A DNA stretch of 64,000 nt from Zygnema circumcarinatum SAG 698-1b (taxonomy: Eukaryota; Plantae; Zygnematophyceae), in assembly GCA_037447605.1 (NCBI GenBank), contig CM074806.1:1984001-2048000 (forward strand), given 5' to 3'. The notes under the pieces are model-generated. The model ran no database searches, was not told the origin of the DNA, and saw only the letters and a list, made by a program, of their open reading frames with translations. The position numbers and the translations under genes were made by a program. This document shows, in pieces, positions 36,489-47,890 of this stretch. Position 1 is the stretch's first letter; every line of letters begins with the position of its first letter.

Positions 36489-37994
36489 GTGTCAAGAAGT
36501 TGTATAGCTTGTAAGTCAAAATTGCAGGGCAGATTCAGGAGGGTCAGGCCTGAGGTTAAGGAATTGGAGGCTGAACGTACAATCGGTTTTTGTGGTCGGG
36601 GCGGAAAGTCTGGCCGAGGACGCCATGCACATTGGGTGTTGCAGAGAGCTGTTTGAGCTCAAGGCTGAAGTGGACGACGCCATCATCCGGTGTGCGGAGA
36701 AGTTCAATCTCGGGGCGCGCTGTGACTAGGAGGCGCATGATTCCATCAATGCTTACTTCGTACAGATCCACCAAGTCATCTCCGCTTTGCATTTTGCCCG
36801 CAACCCACTTGACTTGCAGCTTGTTGCTTGCAAAGGCTGCCACATCTCCTGGCTGCGCGAGAACCACCGGCTCGCCGTCCACGACTATCTCCTGCATGTA
36901 GCCGCTGCCGTACTGCCACGCGGCGCCTTCGCGGGCGGCGAGCTGGATGACGTGGTGGCCCCAGAAGACGGCCACGCGGCGGATCCACGTGAGGGGCTTG
37001 TGGGGGTTGTCGTCCCACTGGTCGAAGCGGCCGCCATGGAACACGTTGATGTGCAGGTGGGCGTCGCTCAGCATGCAGTACTGCTTTCCGGGCAGCCCTG
37101 GAGATATCAAGCCAGTCATCACGGCGTCAGGATGAATATTATAGATTTTTTGACGAAGATAGAATTTGAGTACAAGGTACAATTCAATGACTGTTGAAGA
37201 CCGCGGTCTTACCAGTGAAGTCAAAGTGCGATCCGTCAGCACCCGTGTAATGCGGGTCTCCAACGACGCCTGCTGGTGGAGGTGGGGCGCTAATTAGAGG
37301 TTCTAAAGCCTGGGGAGGGGGGGTGCTGGGAGTGGTGGAGGTGGGAGGGGGGAGGCTGGATTCAGTGGAGGTGGGAGGAGGGGGGCTGGGAGGGGGCGGG
37401 CTGGGAGGGGGGGGGGTATCAAGAGGGGGGGGGCTGGGAGGGGGGGGACTGGGAGGAGGGGGAGGGGGACTGGAAGGGAGAGTATTGCAGATTTGACCGG
37501 AGGCGTAGTAGTAACCGGGCGAGGATGTGCAGGTGGGGCTCGGGTCATAGGGGTTGGTGACCCCGCACTTGGCCGGCTTATAAAGATAGCATGTGCCTGC
37601 ATCCTCAGCACGCGTCCGTCAGGATCGAAAACAGCAATGTGGACTACTACTTTACACACACCTATGGAGCACAGAACCCCACGTGAGCTTCCAAGTGCTC
37701 ACCGTCGCCAGCAATCTGCAGGCGCGTCCAGTAGACGCATGTGGGATAGTACGAGATGCAGAAGTCCCTGCAGTCCTGGTCAGTGGTGATCTCGCTGGTG
37801 TTCACCAAATTGTTGAACTTCCCCACCAAGTTCGTGAAGGACGTGGTGGAGATCATGCGCCCCGGCACGCCCACTGTGCTGTTGCACACGAAGTTAGGGC
37901 AAGAGACAGAGCCGGCGCCCGTGCACTGCCCAGAGGCCATCCTCACTGAAAGCAGAGCCACGAGCACAATTGCGGAGAGACGGAGCGCCGCCAT
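36111..37994 (-). CDS. Secreted PAN/apple-like + Ser-Pro extensin stalk + Root_cap/vWD-like (GDPH) protein, paralog B
   Basis: MAALRLSAIVLVALLSVRMASG signal; CRDFCISYYPTCVYWT..GTCYLY; SPPPP/SPPP-rich linker about 37280-37475; GDPHYTGADGSHFDFTG; VHGVLGQTF; EDYEASHMLATDCHVSRF. Intron positions match paralog A. Confidence 0.85.
36431..36487. repeat. Poly-G tract containing an assembly gap (Ns 36448-36457) in the last intron of paralog B
   Basis: Directly visible; true length unknown. Confidence 0.9.
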
Positions 37995-39870
37995 CTTCTC
38001 GAGTCTCAGCAAGCTCGCAGCGGCTTCCCTGAGCTCAGGAGGCAGTGGCCAGAAGAGCGAGAGGCAGGAAGGAGAGGCGAGAGGCGAGCAGGCAGGGCTG
38101 GATACTTGGACATTGAGGGCCTCCCCCCCTTCTTATGGCGGGGCCGAGCGGGCGAGGGAGGGCGGTCGCCGGGCGCGGAGGGGAGGAATGGGGGAGCCCG
38201 CCCGCCGCCCGCCGCCGCGCTGCGGCTCGGACGGACGGACGTACGGACGGAGGGAGGGCGACGCGAACGGGCGCCGGCGGCGGCCGCAAAACGACAAAAA
38301 GGTGGCGTCGCGCGGCTATGGGTAAATAACCGGCGGTCACTTGTGGGACTCTAGTGGGCGCGCTGCCACGTGGCAGCGAGCGCCGCTAGCCGACAATGGC
38401 ATTTAATCATGACATTTTGGCGGAGCCACGTGGCGGTGGATGAGTCGACGAGGCCGCGCAGCAGTCTCTTTCGACCAATCACAGCGCGAGGATCGCCAGA
38501 TATTTCGCATAGAATGGAGGAAAGAGTTAACGCTTAACTATTTTCTATGCATGGGATTATTGCGATTTGGTTGAACTAGACTTGAAACTGGGGACCGAGC
38601 ATGGAGCCGGGTTTGAGAGGCGCGCGACGGTCCAGAGGGAGGCTGAGGTTGTACCGGAGTGCCGCACGAGCGAGGGCGGTTTCCTTCCGCGGTCATGGAG
38701 GGCCGCCGGCGGTTGGCCCGAGGGCGGGGGCGGGGCGGGGCCGCGCACAAGGTACGGAGGGGGCCGGGGGGGGCGAGTTGTGGGTACATTATGAGGTAAG
38801 GGGGGGGGGGGGTCACATGGAACACGGCCCAGTTTCAACGCTCTACTGAGCAGGGGTGGTTGCTAACTAAGTCATTCCAAACCAGACGTGGTTGTAAACT
38901 AAAGGTTTCTAAGCATGCATTGTTGTTGGTTTGGAGCATTTCTAGGAAAGGGTATGGCCTAACTACAAAAGGTCCTGGCCAGGGGTGGTTACTTACCACA
39001 ACTTAACTAAAAAAACGCAAATAGAGATGAATGTGCCAACACATGGCAAGCGACGAAGACGAGTCGTTACGAGTACGAGGGTGTTATGGAACAAGGCTCG
39101 CTTTTACTAGCGTTGTAGGTAGGCACTTTGTAAGTAGCAGTCTATAGCTAGAAATTTATACCGTATTGTGCCCTTATAACGATTTGTTAGGGGGGTGGCG
39201 AATGGATTTCCCATCAATCATTAGTCCGTGGATGGGATAATCATTGGTCAGTTGTCCTTGGCTTGTTATCTCCTAGTAAGTTTGTTAGGATTAGGAACAT
39301 CCCTCACATACTTTGACGTCGCGAATTGCCCACCCCTACTCTCGTGAGTGGCACGTTGTAAGTGACGATGTAGGTTCCCCCGAGAAAAGGTGCAAGCATG
39401 AGAAGACTCGTGACGTAAGCACTACGCTATATTCCTTGTAGAGACGGCAAGTTGGCCAAAATTAGCATTTCTGATGTTGAAGGAAAATTGTCGCATTTGC
39501 ACTTAAAACGAGTACATGCTGCTCACAGAACAGTGAGCAGAACTTTTCAGATCGTACTCGTCCAATTCTCAGACGAGCAATTTGCTGAAACGTGGGTACG
39601 CGGGCATGTGACCGCACTGGCGACAAGCTCACTGTCCTATCCGACGAAACAATTCCCCTCGTGCTGTTCAAGAGTTGCAGTGCATTTCAGTACACTTAAA
39701 CAGTAAGGACAAAAACCTACACAGAACTATTTTGATATGTTGTTGTGGAAGTGAAAAGAGACGGCGGAAACCAAACAACTGCATGGCAGCTTAGTGGTGG
39801 AGCTTTTTACATCATCTAAAATGCAAAACGTGGAAGCTTGCAGGTGTGGAAAGTGCCACTTGACGCATGG

Positions 39871-40062
39871 CAGTGGCGGATCCGCGGTTGCGTTAGGGGA
39901 GACTTACCCCCCCCCTCAAATTTTGAAAAACTGGTAGCCACTAATTGCCTTTGTAAGTTGAATAGCAAAAATACAATCGAATTTCAGATTTTTTTCCCAA
40001 CTCATCCCCTTAAACTTGGATCTCAACCCCCCCTTGGACAAAAGTCCTGGACCCGTCATGTG
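39871..40062. mobile_element. Possible degenerate hAT-type MITE
   Basis: Starts CAGTGGCGGATCC; an imperfect inverted copy GGACCCGTCATGTG lies at 40049-40062; no clear TSD. Confidence 0.3.
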
Positions 40063-40221
40063 GCACGTATCAGAGTATTATAAATAGCCAACATTTCTTC
40101 ACTTGTACATTGCAACTATCACATACAATCGCCCTTTTTTTACAATCGCTCAACAAAATTCTTCAACTGTGATCGATAAGATTGTCCACCCTGGTGTACG
40201 CTACTATCTTTGGGCAAGCAA

Positions 40222-41945
40222 CTATTTGGAACTTGCTACCGAAGTCACCATCTTCCGCGGCAGCTGCTGCGCGTACACGCTCTCTCCCCCCGCGTGCGTA
40301 CTCATTTCAATGGCCTGCGCCGTCTCGAGGTCCTGCTCATCAGCGCGGGCGAAGCGCGACATTTTGCAGTCGGCTGCGAAGAGGTGTGACACCTCGTAGT
40401 CCTCCGTGCGGCCGTCGAGGAATCCCTCCGCGTTATCACCGGGCACCATATTCACATTCAGCGACGTACTCCAAACCAGCTTTTGCTGTGATCTGTAAGA
40501 GAAAAGAGACGCATGTAAGGTTATTCACTACCAGAGTTACGCGTGCGCATATCTTATGCGAAAAGAATGAACAAAACGGCTGCTTGGGGAAATGTACGCC
40601 TTACAGTCGATCTTGCCGGCCGCGACGAAACGTTTGGCCGAGCACTCCGTGCACGTTGGGTGTGACCGCGACCTCGGGCAGCTCCAAGCTCAAGTGCACC
40701 ACTGCGTCCTCGGGCGTTCGCAGAAGCTTCACCTCCGGCCGCACCGTTACAAGGAGACGCAGCACGCCCGCAATGGCGATTTCGTACCTGTCCTGGAAGT
40801 CGAGCCCACTTCGCAGACGGCCAGCGATCCACTTGATCTTCAGTTTGCCGTCAAGCATAACTGCAGTATCACCGGGCTGGGCGAGGTGCAAAGGCACCCC
40901 GTCAATGCTTATGTTTTGCATGTAGCCCCCCGCGTACCGCAGGTCAGAGCCTGCTCTTGCTGCCAAATGGACGACGTGGTGGCCCCATAAGATTGCCAGT
41001 TGCCGAATCCATGTGAGGGGCTTGTGAGGGTTGTCCCCCCACCGGTCGAAGCGACCGCCATGAAGCACGTTGATGTGCACATGCGCATCACTCAGCATGC
41101 AATATTTTCGTCCAGGGAGCCCTGTATGTATGCATTGAAACAACACCGTAAAGACATAATAAACCAATTTGCCAACACGATGGAAGTCACAATCGAATTA
41201 CTTCCTGTTTGCGATTTTTTTGAAGTGCCAAGTAAGCTTTTTCCTCAAATTCTGATTCAGGTGCTTCAACGCACGAACTCCTCAACTCCGGCGCAGGCAG
41301 AGCCGTCCCCGCGAGCGCGCACACACCTGTGAAGTCAAAGCGCGAGCCGTCCGCGCCCGTGTAGTGCGGGTCGCCCTCCGCCCCGGGGTCGCCGGGCGAC
41401 GGCGCGGAGGGCGCCGCGCTGCACGCCGCCCCCGACACCGACCGTGCGCTCGTCGGGTTGCCGGAGAACCCTTTTGGATCGCACGTGGCGTTCGGAAGGT
41501 AGCCGGACTCGGACGGGCACTGCGCGGCCCGGAACAATATGCACACGCCTGCAGACGTCCTGCCTGTCAGCGGAAATTTTTTAAATTCATTGCAGCATGT
41601 GCGAGAGAATAAACAGAGTGTTCGATATATGCAGGAGAGAAAAGGATAAGTTAGCTTGTTCTTACTCTCGCCATCCTTAATGAAGGTCCAATAGCCGCAG
41701 GTCGGATAGGCCCCTTCGCAGAGCTGGGAGCAATATTCCTGTCCAGAGACAAGATCATTATATTCGTACAAGACGGAGCGGCTGAAGGCTTGCCCCTGCT
41801 GCTCGCTGAACTGTCCCGGTACGCCCACGCGCGAGTTGCATTCCAGGCTCGGGCAGGGCCCTGCGCTCGTGCTGCCGCACTGCGCCCGCGCAGAATACAC
41901 CGCAGAGAGAAGCAGAATCGCAGATAGGATCCTTCCGGTCGCCAT
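40222..41945 (-). CDS. Secreted PAN/apple-like + Root_cap/vWD-like (GDPH) protein, paralog C
   Basis: MATGRILSAILLLSAVYSARA signal; CSQLCEGAYPTCGYWTF..GVCILF; GDPHYTGADGSRFDFTG; YCMLSDAHVHIN; VHGVLGQTF; EDYEVSHLFAADCKMSRF. Same intron layout. Confidence 0.85.
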
Positions 41946-43423
41946 GGCTGGCCCTCGCTCGCCCGGCTCCCTCCCTCCCTTCCTTTTATTTCCGCTCTCC
42001 CTCCCGGGCCGCACAGCAGCGCAGCGCGTCGGCCTTGCTGCCGCCGCGCCAATGGCGTGCCGCCGCCTCGTCACGTAACGTCACATCACGTTACAGTACT
42101 GCCAGGGACTACGGTTCGGGGCTGTACGTCACCTCACGTCACGCCAAGACGGGGCGATGTCAAGCGGCCCCCGCGGCCCCGCCCCCGGTGTCGGTCACAA
42201 CGCGTACGGCCTTCTTGTCGTTTAGCGTAGCGGTTATTTACCCGCCGTGGATCCGCACCCAGCCGTTCGTACGGTACGGAGAGGCTGAAACCGGGCCGAC
42301 CGACCTACCGACCGACCTGCGGTGGACCCGTTCGGCTGCCCATTTGCCAATGTGCCCATTTGCGCATATTAGGGGGTACTAACTTCCTGAACTTAGTATA
42401 CTAAAAGTCAAAGTTTCGTGTACGAATTCCGGGTCGGGATCCGCTGCTCCGCCGTACACATCCGTACCGAAATACTGTACGTACCTAGCCAATGCTTAAA
42501 TTCACTCGACAGGCTTTACGAAATTGATTTGGCCATGGTCAATGTCTGACTCCCCCTATTTGGAGTTCGGAGCCGCCTCGCCGGAGTCGCTGCTGCTGCG
42601 ACTGCGCAGGGGCGGACGGGAACCATCCGTATGGTACTGGCAGCTAGCCCTTTTTTTTTTTTTCTTTCGCTTTTACATAACACATATAACCACTACCACC
42701 TGGTTGTGAGCAGTTGCCCAGGACGATTTTGCGCATGTGCGTTTGATGGCATCGCCATTGTAAGATCAATGACACATATTCCTCTCATATAACCCATTTG
42801 ATGTCGTCGCCATCGTGAGATCAATGCCGCATATTCTTTTTCTCATACCGTATGGTAGAAAGGAGGTACGATTGCAAGCATGTGAGCAGTAAGCACAGTG
42901 CTGTGGCAGTGGCACGCATCGCCTTGCTAATTTGCTTGCGCCAAGTCTGCGCTTCTGATGACAGCAGAGGTCGCCAACGCTGCACTAAGACTTCACGGTA
43001 CATTGAGTCATTCTGGATTAAACGTATGGCAGAAGCACAGAAAAGAAGGCTTTGACAAAATTTCTGCGTCAATTTTGACGATGAACTCAGAATATAGAGT
43101 TCAACCTGCACGAGCCCTTACTTTGGCATCTCACAACTACCAGAGGGGTCATTCCTTTTGGCACAGACTGGTTACAGCGAGTAGCCAATATGAATCACAC
43201 GGAGTTCTCAGTAATGAAGCACGTTCGTAGCTTAGGATCACAAACTGTACACTCTCCTGTAAAACTAGATACAAAAGATACACTACGCTTCAGCATACGG
43301 TTCGAAATGCTAAAGTACACTCTGTTATCGAGTTATAACGGATACCCAATAGGCTCCCAATGTCCCATACCCACAAAATTTATCAGCAACACTTCGAAGC
43401 TCTTGCAAGCGAACCACGAGGCA

Positions 43424-46400
43424 TTATTTGAGTCTTGGACGGAGGTTGTACTGCTTGCGCTCCTCAAAATGACTCCACTTGTAGCCATCGTCCGGCACAT
43501 AGTCAGGGTCGTATACCTCATCCTCATCAGCATCAAAAGACATGGCCAAAAACTCCATGGTCCCCTCTCCTCGGACACGCCGACATATTTCCATTGCTTT
43601 CTTCATCACTCTTTTGGCCAAATTGCGCCTGTTCCACGGATTCTCCGTCTCAACATCACTCGACGCATTCAATAAGTTCCCAGTTTGTAGCGGTCTGTAC
43701 GAGAGCACGAAGTTCTCATTGAGCGTGCCCATCATTTCTTGACTTCTTCCGCCATATGAGTGAATATGAGAACCCTGACAATCCTGTTTCCCTTCAACGG
43801 CTTGCAGCAAGTGCAAAAGTTGCCGGGAATGGTCCTTTAACATGCCAAGCATTGCAACACCAGGGTCTCTGCAAAATTGGCATTGCGTAAACAGCGTGTA
43901 AGAGTTATAAATTTGCTATGAACGTGAGGGAAGTGGACGTTTCTGAGCAGTAATCATCAAACGTTCACGGCTCGACTGAATCCTCACATGCATCGACTCT
44001 CAGTACTGTCTGCGCCATTGCGCGGTCATCATGGTGGAGCGTCCAGAAAGCGAAAGCAAGTAGCAATAAAAGGACTCTCTTTCAGAAAGAATACATCCTT
44101 GTAATGAGAAGCAAACTTTACCGATATGTTATGGCAAATAGGCAGATGACGAATGCTCCCACAAACAAAAAGGTCAATCGGATATTCCGTGTGGTCGTAC
44201 TGTCTGCCAAGCCTTTTCCTCGGGAGAGGTGAAATTCCATTGCGAAAGCAGCACATATTCCTGTTGGAAATAAAATTGATAAACACAAAACCATTACATA
44301 CAATAGTCATAAATTCAACTCCAGAAACGTCAGTTCATTGGACAAAGAGAACCAGACTAAATTAAAAATTCAATCTCCAACACACCAATTATGGATTTGG
44401 GTCGCCAGTGGACAAGGAGAATTACGCTTCGTAGAAAAGAGAATGAGCCGCTTCGAAGTCTTCAAGAAGTTTGGACATGGACTTGACATGATGCTTCCAC
44501 ATTGCAGTAACTGATCTATGAAGAGTAGAAAGTGACAATATTTCATCCACCTAGCACAACATCAATATTAGTCATGACTCCTCTATTGCTGTTGCTCTTA
44601 GTTAGCAAAATACCCCTGCTCGTCCTTCAGGAATTATTTAACAATCGACACAAGCCAGCAAAGACGTTGGAAGCAGTTGAGCATTTTTACCAGCAATGAG
44701 AACCAAACGTGCCTCCCGTGTACGCGGCACACTTGTAAAGAAGTATGTCAGTAACACCATGACTACATAGAAAAGGAAAGCCTTCGTAGTCTGTGCTTCA
44801 TGAACGAGAGCACCGCAAAGTGTGAAGATCCGATCCAGTGAAGAAAACATGTCGGCCTGCTTCACCACGAAGTCTTCCTGGAAAGCATGCAAGGCGATCC
44901 ACAATATGGGTGCCGTCAGAGACGACGTGATATGGGAAAATGCTAATGGAGTGTGGAATGCATCAGCTTCCATTTGCGTAAAGTTCAAGACAAGTAAATT
45001 CTATATTAACTAGTGTGCATATACTCAAATGTAACACATCCGGTGAGGGCCCTAAAAAAATGCCTCGCTCAAAACTGGTACACTGGATGTTGTGCTGCGA
45101 CTAGATGTTAGGATAGAGAGCATAGGGTAGGTGGCTGGATACATTCAAAAGTGTTCACACAAGGCCGTCAGCTTGCAACGAGGGCATATGTGCGTTATTC
45201 CTATCAATAGATTCTTTGATGCATAGAGGCCATCATAAAGCCTTTCAGACACAGGGGAGTCTAGTTAGAGAAATTAGAGAAATTGAAGATAATTTATAGG
45301 TAGCTAAGGAGATGGAGATGCAAAAAAAAATTGCCATGGCAAACCCCATTAACTCCAGTACTCCTACCTTCAGGGTTTGACAGGTAAGATAGCGACCTGA
45401 GCTGCGAGAATTGCAGCTGCTCCTTCAGCAAGCCGGCTGTGAGCATTGTCCATCTCGTTGAACCAATCTCTAGTTGCCACGTGGTGCTCCTCTGCGGCAC
45501 CTGACAGCTCAGCAAGCTCTGCGGCCACCTTGGTATGTCCGTTTAGAAGGCTTGTCTGGCTCCGAGCCATCTCCTTGTGCCACGTGGCTGTCTCCGTCTG
45601 GTGTATTTTGGCCAGCTTTGCAAGCTGCTCTATGGCTGCCTTCTGATCATCCATGGCTGTCCTTTGCAGGTGCTTGATGTGCAACACTAATTGAAGAGCT
45701 TCTGCTTGACTCTTCAACATCTGCTCTTGACCTGAAATGGAACACAAAACGTCCCGGCTGATGAATTACTATCTGGAGTGCCAGGACAAAAAACGTAGGT
45801 TTGGTCTAGGTCAGATTGCACAGTTCGTTCGTTTTAAGGCATCCGAACTGCTCAAGAACGACTTTTCCTGCAAATCCAAAGGGACTACGAGTTTTTCTCA
45901 CTATTCATGCAGGAAGCTTGTGGCGATTGTCTTCACTCTCACCTGCAGCATGCTTCTCCATGCTGCTGCCGAGCTGGCGTGCTTGACTGTCAAGATTCGC
46001 CATCGCCTGCACTAGCACTTCTCCTTGCTGGGCCTGCAACGCCGCAAATTGACGCTGTGCTTTGTCCATCTCATCAAGCCCGAATTTGATGTCGCGTGTC
46101 ACATCCCCTAAACTTGAAAGTCCATCTTTGAAGCTTGCATCCATGAGCGCCTGCTGCTCTGCCAGCTGACGCTGAGCAGTTAAGGACTCAGCAGAATTTT
46201 CCAAAATGGCCTCCGACTGGTCTACCATCGTTGATAGCTCGTCTTCCAACCATTGTGCACTGACCTGGCATACATATGTGGCAGCTTAATGATAAAGTCA
46301 GCTACAATCGTGTCACTTGACAGTAGATGTGATAACTCCCGTAGTAGTTAGGTACTCCGGGTACAGCCCATGCTGCCAGCGGGTGAATATTCAAAGGTAA

Positions 46401-47380
46401 CAAAAACCAGGGAAGACTGCCAAGAAATTCCAAGAAGTTGCGGAGGGGACCTTAAGGGCATTCACAGTATCCTCCACCTCCTGCTTGAAGGCCTCGGATC
46501 TGCAACACCCAAAACAAAAAGGAACACGTTGAAATTTTTAACATGGTGAAGATAGAAAGTACATAAAGTAGCATTCCAGTACATTTACAGTAAGTAAATT
46601 TCGCTGTCTATTTCATAACAGTCGTGTGCATGTTATGGCCAAAGACATTTAGAGCTTTCTGAAGGACATTGAGACAGGGTTCCCTCACCACACTGATAAA
46701 TTTTGTAGCGTTGGCTTAAACAACTGGGACAACTTTTGCAGGAAAGACAAAACCTCCCTTGGTAATTGGTAAACAATGTAGGCAAAGTTACATCAGCACA
46801 ACAAAAAGGCAACAACTTGGTATCGTGTCCACCTAGCCTGTAATAATCAAAGAAACAGGACTTACTGTAAGTGATGACATTCGGCTTCAACGTCGAGAAA
46901 GAAGGCCAGATAAATCGCATGCTCGTGATCACTCATTCCCCGGGTGCACATTTCGACCGCCATATGCTCCTTGCAAGCGATGACTCTCCTTCCGGAAGCT
47001 CTCAAAAAGCAATTGCTGAACCGGATAGCTAAGTGTGATTTAAGAGATTCATCCCTGATAATTTGACGACATGAGGCTGATAACTGATTGTATGCCGTCT
47101 GCCAGCACGACGGTGACGCCTGTGGTTCAGCCGGATTTAGCAGCCGGCGCTCTTTAAGACGGGTATGCGCTGTGGCTAGCGAATGGCCATCCGCATCAAA
47201 AGGAGACCCTCTCCGATCCTTTCTTATCAAATCCTCTGCCTTCTGCTCTTCTTGAAAATTCGAAGCGGTCGACGCGTCGCCGATGCCTGTGAAAGGTGGC
47301 CATGACCAGCACCGAGCGGAGCTGAGGGAGACCAACACAAGCAGCGCGACACAGCGGATGGAGAGACTCCTTCCAGCCAT
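43424..47380 (-). CDS. GEX1: GAMETE EXPRESSED 1 (GEX1/KAR5/Brambleberry family nuclear-fusion protein)
   Basis: Signal peptide; Cys-rich CWQTAYNQLSASC..FSNCFLRASGR..C..EHAIYLAFFLDVEAECHHLQ; coiled-coil exons 46249-45370; TM exons (PILWIALH.., FLFYVVMVLLTYFFTS, FLFVGAFVICLFAITYR); C-terminal YNLRPR. Confidence 0.9.
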
Positions 47381-47666
47381 GCCGCAGCTCGGCGTTCAGC
47401 GCGGAGCTAGCCTCCAGCCATTAGGGCTGACGTCAGTCGAGGTGGCGCGAGCCGACTCCGGCCACGGAGCCGTTCTCCGATGCGGCGAGCCCTCCCCATC
47501 CCCTGGCCGGCCGTCCGTCCGTGGCCGCCATCGGACGGCCAGGGGTCGAGGCTGGCCCTCCCTGGTCCGCTCCCGCGTCCTTGTCATACCGGACGGAATG
47601 TGAATTCAGCCACCATTCGCAGTCCTCCGCGAACCAGAAGTGGAGTTATTTGACGATGCCTGGTTG

Positions 47667-47724
47667 GGGGCATGCCCATGGGGGCATTGGGGCATGCCCA
47701 TGGGGGCATTGGGGCATGCCCATG
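47667..47724. repeat. 22-bp tandem repeat (GGGGCATGCCCATGGGGGCATT, about 2.6 copies) between GEX1 and APEM9
   Basis: Directly visible; each unit contains the palindrome GGGCATGCCC. Confidence 0.85.
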
Positions 47725-47890
47725 AGGGCACGGTGCGGCCCTGCAGTCAGTACGGATGAAGGGAGCAAGCTGTTCCTTAGCGCAGTCTCTAGCTTGGAGC
47801 AAAGCTCAGTTGCTGGAATAGGTTTGGGAACGGTTCTTAATGGAGGCTTCAACCCAAGGTTGTGCTGTAGGAATCTGGGAGAAAGGAGCG

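Noticed and set aside
38845-39450. Possible solo LTR or transposon relic between paralogs B and C (CAGGGGTGGTT direct repeats, TGTTATGG start)
   Set aside because: No second copy, TSD or coding remnant within the window.
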